A model generated the notes under the pieces. It did no database searches and was not told the origin of the DNA. It saw only the letters and a list, made by a program, of their open reading frames with translations. A DNA stretch of 64,000 nucleotides from an uncultured delta proteobacterium (GTDB lineage Bacteria; Myxococcota; Myxococcia; Myxococcales; Anaeromyxobacteraceae): contig CAVYBH010000008.1 of the NCBI GenBank assembly GCA_963766715.1, forward strand, positions 320,001 to 384,000, given 5' to 3'. Position numbers and translations under genes: made by a program. This document shows, piece after piece, positions 14,305 through 27,143 of this stretch. Within the stretch, counting starts at the first letter, position 1, and each line of letters begins with the position of its first letter.

Positions 14305-15522
14305 ATGGACTTCTCGGTCTCGGAACGGGTGCTCGGCTTCCAGGGGTTGGTCCGCGACTTCATGCGGAGGGAGGTCCTCCCCATCGAGCCGCTCTTCCGG
14401 CGGGCCGGCTTCGCCGCGGTGCTCCCCCAGCTCCGCGCCGCGCGGGAGAAGGCGAAGGAGACCGGCCTCTTCGCGGCCCACATGCCGCCCGGGTACGGGG
14501 GCGCGCACCTGAAGCTCACCGAGTTCGCCCACCTCTCGGAGGAGCTGGGCAAGAGCCCGCTCGGCCACTACTGCTTCAACGTCCAGGCCCCCGACATCGG
14601 GAACATGGAGCTCCTCCTCGAGCACGGCACCGAGGCGCAGAAGGAGCGCTGGCTCCGGCCGCTGGCCCGCGGCGAGATCCGCAGCTGCTTCAGCATGACC
14701 GAGCCCGAGTTCGCCGGCTCGAACCCGGTGTGGATGGGGACCACCGCGCTGAAGGAGGGCGGGGAGTACGTGCTGCGGGGGCACAAGTGGTTCGCCTCGT
14801 CGGCCGACGGCGCCGCCTTCGCCGTGTGCATGGCGGTGACCAGCCCGGACGCGAAGGATCCCTACCAGCGCGCCAGCATGATCATCGTCCCCACCGACAC
14901 GCCGGGCTTCGAGCTGGTCGGCAACATCTCCGTCATGGGCCACCGCGGCGCCGACTGGCAGAGCCACGGCGAGATCATGTACCACGGCGCCCGCGTGCCG
15001 CTCTCGAACCTGCTCGGCCCCGAGGGCGGCGGCTTCGTGCTCGCGCAGCACCGGCTCGGGCCGGGACGCATCCACCACTGCATGCGCTGGATCGGCATCT
15101 GCGAGCGGGCCTTCGACATCCTCTGCGAGCACGCCTCCACCCGGCAGCTCGCGCCCGGCGACCTGCTCGGCTCGCGCCAGATGGTGCAGCAGTGGATCGC
15201 CGAGAGCCGCGCCGAGATCGACGCGGCCCGGCTGCTCGTCCTGCACGCGGCCTGGAAGATCGAGCGCGAGGGCGCGCCGGCGGCCCGCCAGGAGATCTCG
15301 ATCATCAAGTTCACGGTGGCCCGCACGCTGCAGCGCGTGCTCGACCGCGCCATCCAGGCGCTGGGCGCGCTGGGGATGACCGACGACACGCCGCTCGCCT
15401 TCTGGTGGGCCCACGAGCGCGCCGGGCGCATCTACGACGGGGCCGACGAGGTCCACATCACGAGCGTGGCGAAGCGCATCCTCCACCGCTGGTCGAAGGG
15501 GCGGGGCGGAGGAGAGTCGTGA
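14305..15522 (+). CDS. Acyl-CoA dehydrogenase (ACAD10/11, FadE2/LvaC-type)
   Basis: FNVQAPDIGNMELL, CFSMTEP, RLGPGRIHHCMR, RIYDGADEVH. Confidence 0.9.
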   Translation: MDFSVSERVLGFQGLVRDFMRREVLPIEPLFRRAGFAAVLPQLRAAREKAKETGLFAAHMPPGYGGAHLKLTEFAHLSEELGKSPLGHYCFNVQAPDIGNMELLLEHGTEAQKERWLRPLARGEIRSCFSMTEPEFAGSNPVWMGTTALKEGGEYVLRGHKWFASSADGAAFAVCMAVTSPDAKDPYQRASMIIVPTDTPGFELVGNISVMGHRGADWQSHGEIMYHGARVPLSNLLGPEGGGFVLAQHRLGPGRIHHCMRWIGICERAFDILCEHASTRQLAPGDLLGSRQMVQQWIAESRAEIDAARLLVLHAAWKIEREGAPAARQEISIIKFTVARTLQRVLDRAIQALGALGMTDDTPLAFWWAHERAGRIYDGADEVHITSVAKRILHRWSKGRGGGES

Positions 15523-16622
15523 CGGGGGCGCCGGGGGAGACCGGGCCCCGGCTCGACGAGGCGGACGAGGTCCGGGAGGAGGAGCGGTTCGACCCGGAGC
15601 GGATCCGCCCGTTCCTGGCGACGGCCTTCCCGGGGGTCGGCGGGCCCATCACCGCGCGCCAGTTCCGCAAGGGGCACTCGAACCTCACCTACCTGGTCCG
15701 GATCGGCGACCGGGAGGCGGTGCTGCGCCGGGCCCCGTTCGGCGCCAAGGTGAAGTCGGCGCACGACATGAACCGGGAGTGGAACCTGCTCACGGCGCTG
15801 CAGGGCGTGTACCCGCGCTCGCCGCGGCCGCTGGCCTTCTGCGACGACGAGTCGGTGCTGGGCGCGCGCTTCTACCTCATGGAGCGGGTGACCGGGGTGA
15901 TCCTGCGGGGGGACGGCTCCTCGTCGGGGCTCGCGCTGGGGCCGGAGACGATGCGCGCCACCTCCACGGCGCTCGTCGACAACCTGGTCGAGCTGCACGC
16001 CGTCGACCTCGAGAGGACGGGGCTCGTCCACATGGGCAAGCCGGCCGGGTACGTGGAGCGCCAGGTGAAGGGCTGGACCGAGCGCTACCTGGCCGCGAAG
16101 ACCGACGAGGTGCCGGAGATCGAGGCGGCGGCGGCCTGGGCGGCGCGGAACATGCCGGCCCCGGGCGGCGTATCGCTCGTCCACAATGACTACAAGTACG
16201 ACAACGTGGTGCTCGACCCGGCCGACCTCTCCCGCGTGGTGGCGGTGCTCGACTGGGAGATGGCCACCATCGGCGATCCCCTCATGGACCTGGGGACCGC
16301 GCTCGGCTACTGGACCGACCCGGGCGATCCCCCGATGCTCCGGGCCCAGGCCTTCGGCCCCACGCACCTCCCGGGCAGCCTCTCCCGGCAGGAGGTGGTG
16401 GCCCGCTACGCGGAGCGGTCCGGGCGCGCCGTGGACCACGTGCTCTTCCACTACGTCTTCGCGCTCTTCAAGCTGGCGGTGATCGTCCAGCAGATCTACC
16501 GGCGCTACGTGGACGGCCACACCCGCGACCCGCGCTTCGCCCCGCTCGGCCAGATGGTCCGGGTCCTCGGCACGCAGGCCTCCCGCGCCCTCGATCGGGG
16601 CCGCATCCACGATCTGGGCTAG
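15519..16622 (+). CDS. APH-family phosphotransferase (ACAD10/11 kinase / LvaA-like)
   Basis: QFRKGHSNLTY, SAHDMNRE, HNDYKYDN, LDWEMATIGDPLMDLG. Confidence 0.88.
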   Translation: MTGAPGETGPRLDEADEVREEERFDPERIRPFLATAFPGVGGPITARQFRKGHSNLTYLVRIGDREAVLRRAPFGAKVKSAHDMNREWNLLTALQGVYPRSPRPLAFCDDESVLGARFYLMERVTGVILRGDGSSSGLALGPETMRATSTALVDNLVELHAVDLERTGLVHMGKPAGYVERQVKGWTERYLAAKTDEVPEIEAAAAWAARNMPAPGGVSLVHNDYKYDNVVLDPADLSRVVAVLDWEMATIGDPLMDLGTALGYWTDPGDPPMLRAQAFGPTHLPGSLSRQEVVARYAERSGRAVDHVLFHYVFALFKLAVIVQQIYRRYVDGHTRDPRFAPLGQMVRVLGTQASRALDRGRIHDLG

Positions 16623-16631
16623 GGGCGCGCC

Positions 16632-17354
16632 ATGCCCAAGCTCCACGTCCTCCTCAAGAAGGAGGAGCTCGACGGACAGCTCCTGGCCGGCAAGGTGGTG
16701 GTCGTCCTCGACGTCCTCTTCGCCACGACCAGCATCGCCGCCGCGCTGGCGCACGGCGCCACCGAGGTCATCCCGGCGGTCGACGGGGACGCCGCCCGGG
16801 CGGAGGCGGCCCGGAGAGTCCCCGGATCCTTCGTGCTGGCCGGCGAGCTCGGCGCCGAGACCTTGCCGGGCTTCGCCCACCCCACCCCGGTCTCGCTCCT
16901 CGGCGAGCCGCTCCCGGGGCGCGCGCTCATCTACTCGACGACCAACGGGACGGTGGCGGTGGACGCGGCGGCCGGGGCGCAGCGGGTCTACGCGGCGGCG
17001 CTGGTGAACGGGGCGGCGGTGGCCGAGCACCTGCGCCGGGAGGCCGAGGGGGAGACGGTGCTGCTCGTCTGCGCCGGCTCGGCCGACTCGGTGAACCTGG
17101 AGGACCTCTACGGCGCCGGCCACCTGGTCTCGCGCCTCGCCGGGGGTGGAACGGGCTGGGAGCTCTCCGACGCGGCGCTCGCCGCGCTCCTCCTCCACGA
17201 CGGCAACGACGCGCTCGCCTGCCTCTCCCGGAGCCGGGTCGGGCGCATGATGCTCGCGCGCGGCCTGGGGCACGAGGTGGAATGGGCGGCCCGCGAGGAC
17301 GTCCTCGACGTGGTGCCGGTGCTCCGTGGCGGGCGCCTCGTCGCTGCGAGATAG
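16632..17354 (+). CDS. 2-phosphosulfolactate phosphatase (ComB)-family protein, divergent
   Basis: VVVLDVLFATTS, STTNGT, LVCAG, EDLYGAG. Confidence 0.8.
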   Translation: MPKLHVLLKKEELDGQLLAGKVVVVLDVLFATTSIAAALAHGATEVIPAVDGDAARAEAARRVPGSFVLAGELGAETLPGFAHPTPVSLLGEPLPGRALIYSTTNGTVAVDAAAGAQRVYAAALVNGAAVAEHLRREAEGETVLLVCAGSADSVNLEDLYGAGHLVSRLAGGGTGWELSDAALAALLLHDGNDALACLSRSRVGRMMLARGLGHEVEWAAREDVLDVVPVLRGGRLVAAR

Positions 17355-17423
17355 GACGCGGCCGCAGGGAACGGGCCGTGGAGCGGGCGGGATGTCGCCC
17401 CCCCCGAAGGAGGTGGGTCCTCT

Positions 17424-17445
17424 CCAGTTCAACCGGTTGAACTGG
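17424..17445. repeat. Perfect 22-bp palindrome CCAGTTCAACCGGTTGAACTGG between convergent genes
   Basis: CCAGTTCAACC is followed directly by its reverse complement. Confidence 0.85.
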
Positions 17446-17449
17446 GCGG

Positions 17450-17839
17450 TCAGCGGCGCAGCTTGAACGTGCCGAGGGCCTTCGCCACCAGGTTGCCGGC
17501 GCCGTCGAGGATCTCGCCTTCCGCGAAGGCCAGCGACTTTCCTGCCCGCAGGCAGCGGGCCTCGCCGACGAGCGTCCCCTTCCCGGGCCCGATGAAGCTC
17601 ACCGTGAGGTCCACGGTGATGGCTCCGCGCGCGGCGCCGTCCTGGGTGATGGCCGCCACGGCCAGCGCCACGTCGGCCAGCGTCATCACCACGCCGCCGT
17701 GGGCGTCGTGGAAGCTGTTCATGAGCTCCGGGCGCAGCGCCATCTCCAGGCGGGCCAGGCCGGGCTCGTGTCGCACGATCTGGATGCCCAGGAACTCGGC
17801 GAAGGGCACCGGCCGGCCGATGAGCTCGGAGAGGGTCAC
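17450..17839 (-). CDS. PaaI-family hotdog thioesterase
   Basis: PFAEFLG, NSFHDAHGGVVMTLAD, TVDLTVSFIGP. Confidence 0.88.
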   Translation of the reverse strand: MTLSELIGRPVPFAEFLGIQIVRHEPGLARLEMALRPELMNSFHDAHGGVVMTLADVALAVAAITQDGAARGAITVDLTVSFIGPGKGTLVGEARCLRAGKSLAFAEGEILDGAGNLVAKALGTFKLRR

Positions 17840-18819
17840 GGCGCCCCGGGGCGGACGACGAGCTTTCCGTGGACCCGGCGCTGCAGGAGGTCGTCGAGCG
17901 CCCGGGGGACGTCGGCGAGCGCGAGGCGGGCGGTCACCACCGGGGTGAGCCGGCCGTCCTGGATCCAGCCCCCGATGCGGGCCAGCTCGTCGGCGGCCCG
18001 GCGCGGCTCGCGGCGGCACCAGTCGCCCCAGTAGACCCCCAGGATGGACCGGGCGTTGAGCAGCGCCAGGTTGAGGGGAATCCGCGGGATCTCCCCGGAC
18101 GCGAAGCCAATCACGAGGAAGCGGCCGCCCCACCCGGTGGCGCGCAGGGCGGCCTCGGAGAGCGCGCCGCCGATGGGGTCGAAGACCACGTCCACGCCGC
18201 GCCCCCCGGTCAGCTCCTTCACCCGCTGTCGCAGGTCCTCGACCGAGTAGTCGATGGTGAGCTTCGCGCCCAGTCGCCGGCACGACTCGAGCCGCTCCGC
18301 CGAGGAGGCGGCTGCGATCACCCGCGCGCCCAGCAGCCGGGCGATCCCGACGGCGGCCGTCCCCACGCCGCCCGCCGCCCCGAGGACCAGCACCGTCTCC
18401 CCGGGCTGCACCTGGGCCCGGTCCTCCAGCGCGTGGAGCGTGGTCCCGTACGTCACGAGCGTGGCGGCGGCGAGATCGGCGGAGAGCGCGGCCGGCCGGT
18501 GGAGCAGCTGCCCGGCCGGCACCACGCAGCGCTCGGCGAAGGCGCCGGACGTCGTGGTGGCCATGACCGGATCGTCCGGGCGGAACCCGGTGACGCCCGC
18601 GCCGACGGCCTCGACGACGCCGGCCAGCTCCATCCCGGGGACGAAGGGCGGGGGCGGCCGCACCTGGTACTTCCCCTGGACGACCAGCGCGTCCGGGTAG
18701 TTCAGGCCGGCGGCCTCCACGCGGACGAGCACCTCGCCCTCGCCGGGCGCCGGCGCCGGGATCTCCTCGACCCGGAGGTCGGAGACCGGACCGAAGGCTG
18801 TGCAGACCAGGGCGCGCAT
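17836..18819 (-). CDS. NADPH:quinone oxidoreductase (MDR/zeta-crystallin family)
   Basis: GLNYPDAL..QGKYQ, GAAGGVG, IGFASGEIP. Confidence 0.88.
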   Translation of the reverse strand: MRALVCTAFGPVSDLRVEEIPAPAPGEGEVLVRVEAAGLNYPDALVVQGKYQVRPPPPFVPGMELAGVVEAVGAGVTGFRPDDPVMATTTSGAFAERCVVPAGQLLHRPAALSADLAAATLVTYGTTLHALEDRAQVQPGETVLVLGAAGGVGTAAVGIARLLGARVIAAASSAERLESCRRLGAKLTIDYSVEDLRQRVKELTGGRGVDVVFDPIGGALSEAALRATGWGGRFLVIGFASGEIPRIPLNLALLNARSILGVYWGDWCRREPRRAADELARIGGWIQDGRLTPVVTARLALADVPRALDDLLQRRVHGKLVVRPGAP

Positions 18820-18826
18820 GGCTTTC

Positions 18827-18843
18827 GTTTCGCGGTACGAAAC
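18827..18843. promoter_or_regulatory. Palindromic operator GTTTCG-CGGTA-CGAAAC (probable IclR-family site)
   Basis: Inverted repeat matching 13405-13421; lies between the divergent qor-like and IclR genes. Confidence 0.65.
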
Positions 18844-18853
18844 GGGATACCGC

Positions 18854-18883
18854 ACCGTAACACGCGGCGGTCACGGGTCACAA
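18854..18883 (-). promoter_or_regulatory. Putative promoter TTGTGA-N18-TACGGT (extended -10) for the oxidoreductase-thioesterase pair
   Basis: TG-T-TACGGT on the minus strand, operator 10 bp downstream. Confidence 0.5.
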
Positions 18884-18913
18884 CGCGGCCGCCCGATCTG
18901 CTAGGCTCCCGCC

Positions 18914-19714
18914 GTGGCCCCGGAGAAGCGACGGCCCCCGGCCGACCGGAAGTTCGTGACCGCGCTCTCCCGCGGCCTGGAGGTCCTGCGCTGCTTCGGC
19001 CCCCGGGACCGCTGGCTGGCGAACCAGGAGATCGCCAGGCGCACCGGCCTCGCCAAGCCCACCGTCTCGCGGCTGGCCTACACGCTGACCCGCCTCGGCC
19101 ACCTGCGCTACTCCGACGCCCTGAACAAGTACGCGCTGGGCAACGCCGCCATCAGCCTGGGCTTCGCGGCGCTGGGGCAGATGGACGTGCGCCGGGCCGC
19201 GCGCCCGTTCATGCAGGAGCTGTCCGAGTACACCAAGGCGTCGGTTCACCTCGCGGTGAACGATCGGCTCTCCATGCAGGTGGTCGACACCTACTGGAAC
19301 AGCGCCTCCTTCGTGGTCGACATCGGCTCGCGGGTCCCGGCGGCCACCACGTCGCTCGGCCGCGCCTACGTGTCGGCCCTGCCGGCGCCCGAGCGCAAGC
19401 GGATGCTGGACGCGATCCGGCTGGCCCGCCCGGACGACTGGGCCGTGAACCGCAAGCGCCTCGAGCAGGCCGTCCGGGAGCACCAGCAGCACGGCTTCTG
19501 CCTCGGGCTGGGCGACTGGCGCCGCGAGATCAACGCGGTGGCGGCCCCGCTCGACCTGGGCAACGGCTCGGGCCCCATCGTCATCGGCTGCAGCGGCGCG
19601 GCCTTCCAGCTCGAGCCGGAGACGCTCCGGCGCGACGTCGGGCCCCGCCTGCTGGCGCTCCTCGGGAACGTCCGCGCGGCGCTGACCCGCGACCGCGAAG
19701 GAGAAGGCGGATGA
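18914..19714 (+). CDS. IclR-family transcriptional regulator
   Basis: FVTALSRGLEVL, HTH TGLAKPTVSRLAYTL, TTSLGRA, INAVAAP. Confidence 0.92.
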   Translation: MAPEKRRPPADRKFVTALSRGLEVLRCFGPRDRWLANQEIARRTGLAKPTVSRLAYTLTRLGHLRYSDALNKYALGNAAISLGFAALGQMDVRRAARPFMQELSEYTKASVHLAVNDRLSMQVVDTYWNSASFVVDIGSRVPAATTSLGRAYVSALPAPERKRMLDAIRLARPDDWAVNRKRLEQAVREHQQHGFCLGLGDWRREINAVAAPLDLGNGSGPIVIGCSGAAFQLEPETLRRDVGPRLLALLGNVRAALTRDREGEGG

Positions 19715-20889
19715 ACGGCACGAGCGAGATGACCGACTTCCTGGGGCTGCGCGAGCTCCTCACCGACGAGGAGCGGATGGTGCAGTCGCAGGCGCGCCAG
19801 TTCGTGAACGCCCGGATCCTCCCCGTCATCGAGCGCCACGCGCAGGCGCAGACCTTCCCGGCCGAGCTCGTCCGCCCCATGGGCGAGCTCGGGTTCCTGG
19901 GCCCCACCCTCCCCGCCCGCTACGGCTGCGCCGGCCTGTCCAGCGCCGCGTACGGGCTCCTCATGTACGAGCTGGAGCGGGGCGACTCGGCGCTGCGGAG
20001 CTTCGCGTCCGTCCAGGGCTCGCTCGTCATGTACCCGATCCACGCGTACGGCTCGGAGGCCCAGAAGGACCACTGGCTGCCGCGGCTCGCCCGGGGCGAG
20101 GCCATCGGCTGCTTCGGCCTCACCGAGCCGGACTTCGGCTCGAACCCCGCCGGCATGCGCACCCGCGCGGTGAAGGAGGGCAGCCGCTGGCGCCTCCAGG
20201 GCTCGAAGATGTGGATCACGAACGGCTCCATCGCCGACGTGGCGGTGGTGTGGGCCCGCACCGACGACGGCATCCGCGGCTTCCTCGTGGAGAAGGGCAC
20301 GAAGGGATTCTCGGCCCCGGAGATGAAGGGGAAGTGGTCCCTGCGCGCGTCCGTCACCTCCGAGCTCGTGCTCGACGACGTGCTGGTGGACGAGGAGCGG
20401 AGCCTTCTCCCCGGGGTGAAGGGGCTGAAGGGGCCGCTCGGCTGCCTGAACCAGGCCCGCTTCGGCATCGCCTGGGGCGTGCTCGGCGCGGCGGAGGCCT
20501 GCTACCAGTGCGCCCTCGACCACGCGAAGAGCCGCACCCAGTTCGATCGCCCCATCGCGGGCTTCCAGCTCACGCAGGAGAAGCTGGCCTGGATGGTGAC
20601 CGAGCTCGCCAAGGGCCAGCTGCTCGCCCTCCACGTGGCCCGGCGCAAGGACCAGGGCACGGTGACGCCGGCCCAGATCTCCATGGCCAAGATGAACAAC
20701 GTCTCGGTGGCGCGGGAGATCTGCTCCCGGGCCCGGACCATCCTGGGCGCCAGCGGGATCCTCGGCGAGTACCCGATCATGCGCCACATGGCGAACCTCG
20801 AGTCGGTCTACACCTACGAGGGGACCCACGAGATGCACACCCTCGTGATCGGCGAGGCGGTCACCGGGATCCAGGCGTTCCGGGGCTGA
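19711..20889 (+). CDS. gcdH: Glutaryl-CoA dehydrogenase-type acyl-CoA dehydrogenase
   Basis: ERGDSALRSFASVQGSLVM, GCFGLTEPDFGSNP, KMWITN, NLESVYTYEGTHEMH. Confidence 0.88.
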   Translation: MNGTSEMTDFLGLRELLTDEERMVQSQARQFVNARILPVIERHAQAQTFPAELVRPMGELGFLGPTLPARYGCAGLSSAAYGLLMYELERGDSALRSFASVQGSLVMYPIHAYGSEAQKDHWLPRLARGEAIGCFGLTEPDFGSNPAGMRTRAVKEGSRWRLQGSKMWITNGSIADVAVVWARTDDGIRGFLVEKGTKGFSAPEMKGKWSLRASVTSELVLDDVLVDEERSLLPGVKGLKGPLGCLNQARFGIAWGVLGAAEACYQCALDHAKSRTQFDRPIAGFQLTQEKLAWMVTELAKGQLLALHVARRKDQGTVTPAQISMAKMNNVSVAREICSRARTILGASGILGEYPIMRHMANLESVYTYEGTHEMHTLVIGEAVTGIQAFRG

Positions 20890-20932
20890 CCCGGGCGCCG
20901 CCGCGCCACCCGCGGCGCGGCCGGCCGGCGCG

Positions 20933-21397
20933 CTACCGCCGCTTCTTCAGGGACAGTCCCATGCTGAAGCGGGCCACCGGCTCGTCCCCGTACCTGTCCG
21001 GGACCGTGGCCACCACGTCCACCGGCAGCGTGACCCGCTCGCCCGTGCGCTCGGTCTCGGCCATGGCCTCGGCGATGCGCCGCCCGTCGCGGGTTCGGAA
21101 GACGACGTCCCCGTCGGCCCGCTTGAGGAACTCCATCCGCGCGAACTTGAAGACCGGGACGACGGTGCGGTGGCGGGCGCGGATGAGCGAGAAGGCGTTC
21201 ATCCCGGAGGCCAGGTCGGCGCCGGCCGCCATCGCCCCCACGTACATCGAGCCCACGTGGTTCTTCGTGCGCCAGGAGAGCGGCAAGAGCACGGCCGCGC
21301 CCTCGTCGTCGAGCTCGACGACCCGCGGGCCCACGAAGAGGAGCAGCGGGATGCGCAGGCCGAGCAGGCGGACGGCGGCGGTTTCCTTGAGGAGCAT
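20933..21397 (-). CDS. Hotdog-fold protein (DUF4442/YiiD-like thioesterase)
   Basis: IPLLLFVGPRVVEL, WRTKNHVGSMY, FLKRADGDV. Confidence 0.75.
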   Translation of the reverse strand: MLLKETAAVRLLGLRIPLLLFVGPRVVELDDEGAAVLLPLSWRTKNHVGSMYVGAMAAGADLASGMNAFSLIRARHRTVVPVFKFARMEFLKRADGDVVFRTRDGRRIAEAMAETERTGERVTLPVDVVATVPDRYGDEPVARFSMGLSLKKRR

Positions 21398-21455
21398 GGC
21401 CGGGGAGACTAACCCGGACCGGGCGCGCGTCCGACCCCCCGGATAGATCGGGGGC

Positions 21456-25718
<4,263 letters not shown>

Positions 25719-25741
25719 CCCGCCCTCGCCGGGCTGGGGGG

Positions 25742-27143
25742 CTACCCGGACGCGAACTGGACGGGCCGGTAGCGCCGGGCCAGCAGGGCGAACCCCACCG
25801 CGCAGAAGAGCATGAGCGCGGCGAAGAAGAGGAAGTAGGCCGCGCCGTGGAACCGGTTCCACTGGCTCACCACGGCGGCCACGAGGTTCCCGATCGCCGA
25901 CGTGAGCAGCCAGAAGCTCATGATGGTGCTCTTCATGGTCTTCGGGGCCTGGGTGAAGGCGAACTCGAGCCCGGTCACCGAGATCATCACTTCACCCATG
26001 GTCAGGATCAGGATGGGCACGACCTGCCAGAAGACGTGCGGCCGGGCGCCGCCGTCGATGACCGCCTGGATGCCCGCCATGACGACGAAGGAGGACATGG
26101 CGAGGAACATCCCCAGGCTCATCTTGCCGAGGGCGGTCACCTTCACGCCCATGCGGACCAGCCCGGGATAGACCACGCCCTGGAACAGGGGCACGAGCAG
26201 GAGCACCAGGAAGGGGTTGACGGCGTTCAGCTGGGAGGCCTCGAGCCGGAAGCCGCCGAGCCGCATCCCCAGGAACTCCACGGCGCCCACGTCCAGGTTC
26301 ATCTGCTTGGCCTGGAGGATGAAGCTCGCTCCCTTCTGGTCGAAGAGCGCCCAGAAGCCGGCGACCATCACGAAGACGCCGGAGATGCGGACCACCGCGC
26401 GAGCCCCGTCCACCGCCTCGGCCGGGTGGACGGCGCGGGCGGCCTCGAGCCAGTCCGTGCCGGGAGGCGCGCTGCGCCCGGCGGGAGAGCGCGGTGGCCA
26501 CCACCTTCACGAAGGCGTGCGGGTTCGGGCCGGTGGGAGGGACGTGGACGTAGCGCTTGCGCCCGGCGACGAAGAAGACGAGCGCCAGCACCATGAGCAG
26601 GCCGGGCACGCCGAAGGCCACCGACGGGCCGTACTTCACGAGCAGGAAGGGGATGAGGAGCGAGGCGCTGGCGCTGCCCAGGTTCACCATCCAGTAGAAG
26701 AGGCCGTAGACCTTGGCGAGCAGCGACTTCTGGTCGGGGAGGAACTGGTCGCCCACGAAGGCCGAGACGCAGGGCTTGATGCCGCCCGCCCCGATGGCGA
26801 TGAGGGCGCAGCCGGCGAGGAGGCCGGTGCGGGTCTCCACCGCCGCCACCACCACGTGGCCGATCACGTAGCCGAACGAGAGGAAGAGGATGACGCGGTA
26901 GCGCCCCAGGAAACGGTCGGCGAGCCACCCGCCGACGAGCGGCATCAGGTAGTTCGCCATCACGAAGTAGTGGTAGCTGGCCTTGGCGTCCGCCTGGGAG
27001 ACCAGGAGGTACTGCACCATGTACACGACCAGGATGTTGCGCATCCCGTAGAAGGAGAACCTCTCGGCCCCCTCGCTGGCCATGATGTACGGGATCTGCG
27101 GAGGGAAGCGCTGGCGTGACGCGGTCCCCGCCGATGCGCTCAC
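25742..27143 (-). CDS. POT/PTR proton-dependent oligopeptide transporter (copy 2), frame break near 26460-26490
   Basis: EGAERFSFYGM, GAGGIKPCVSAFVGDQF, FYWMVNLG, GLEFAFTQAP. Confidence 0.88.
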
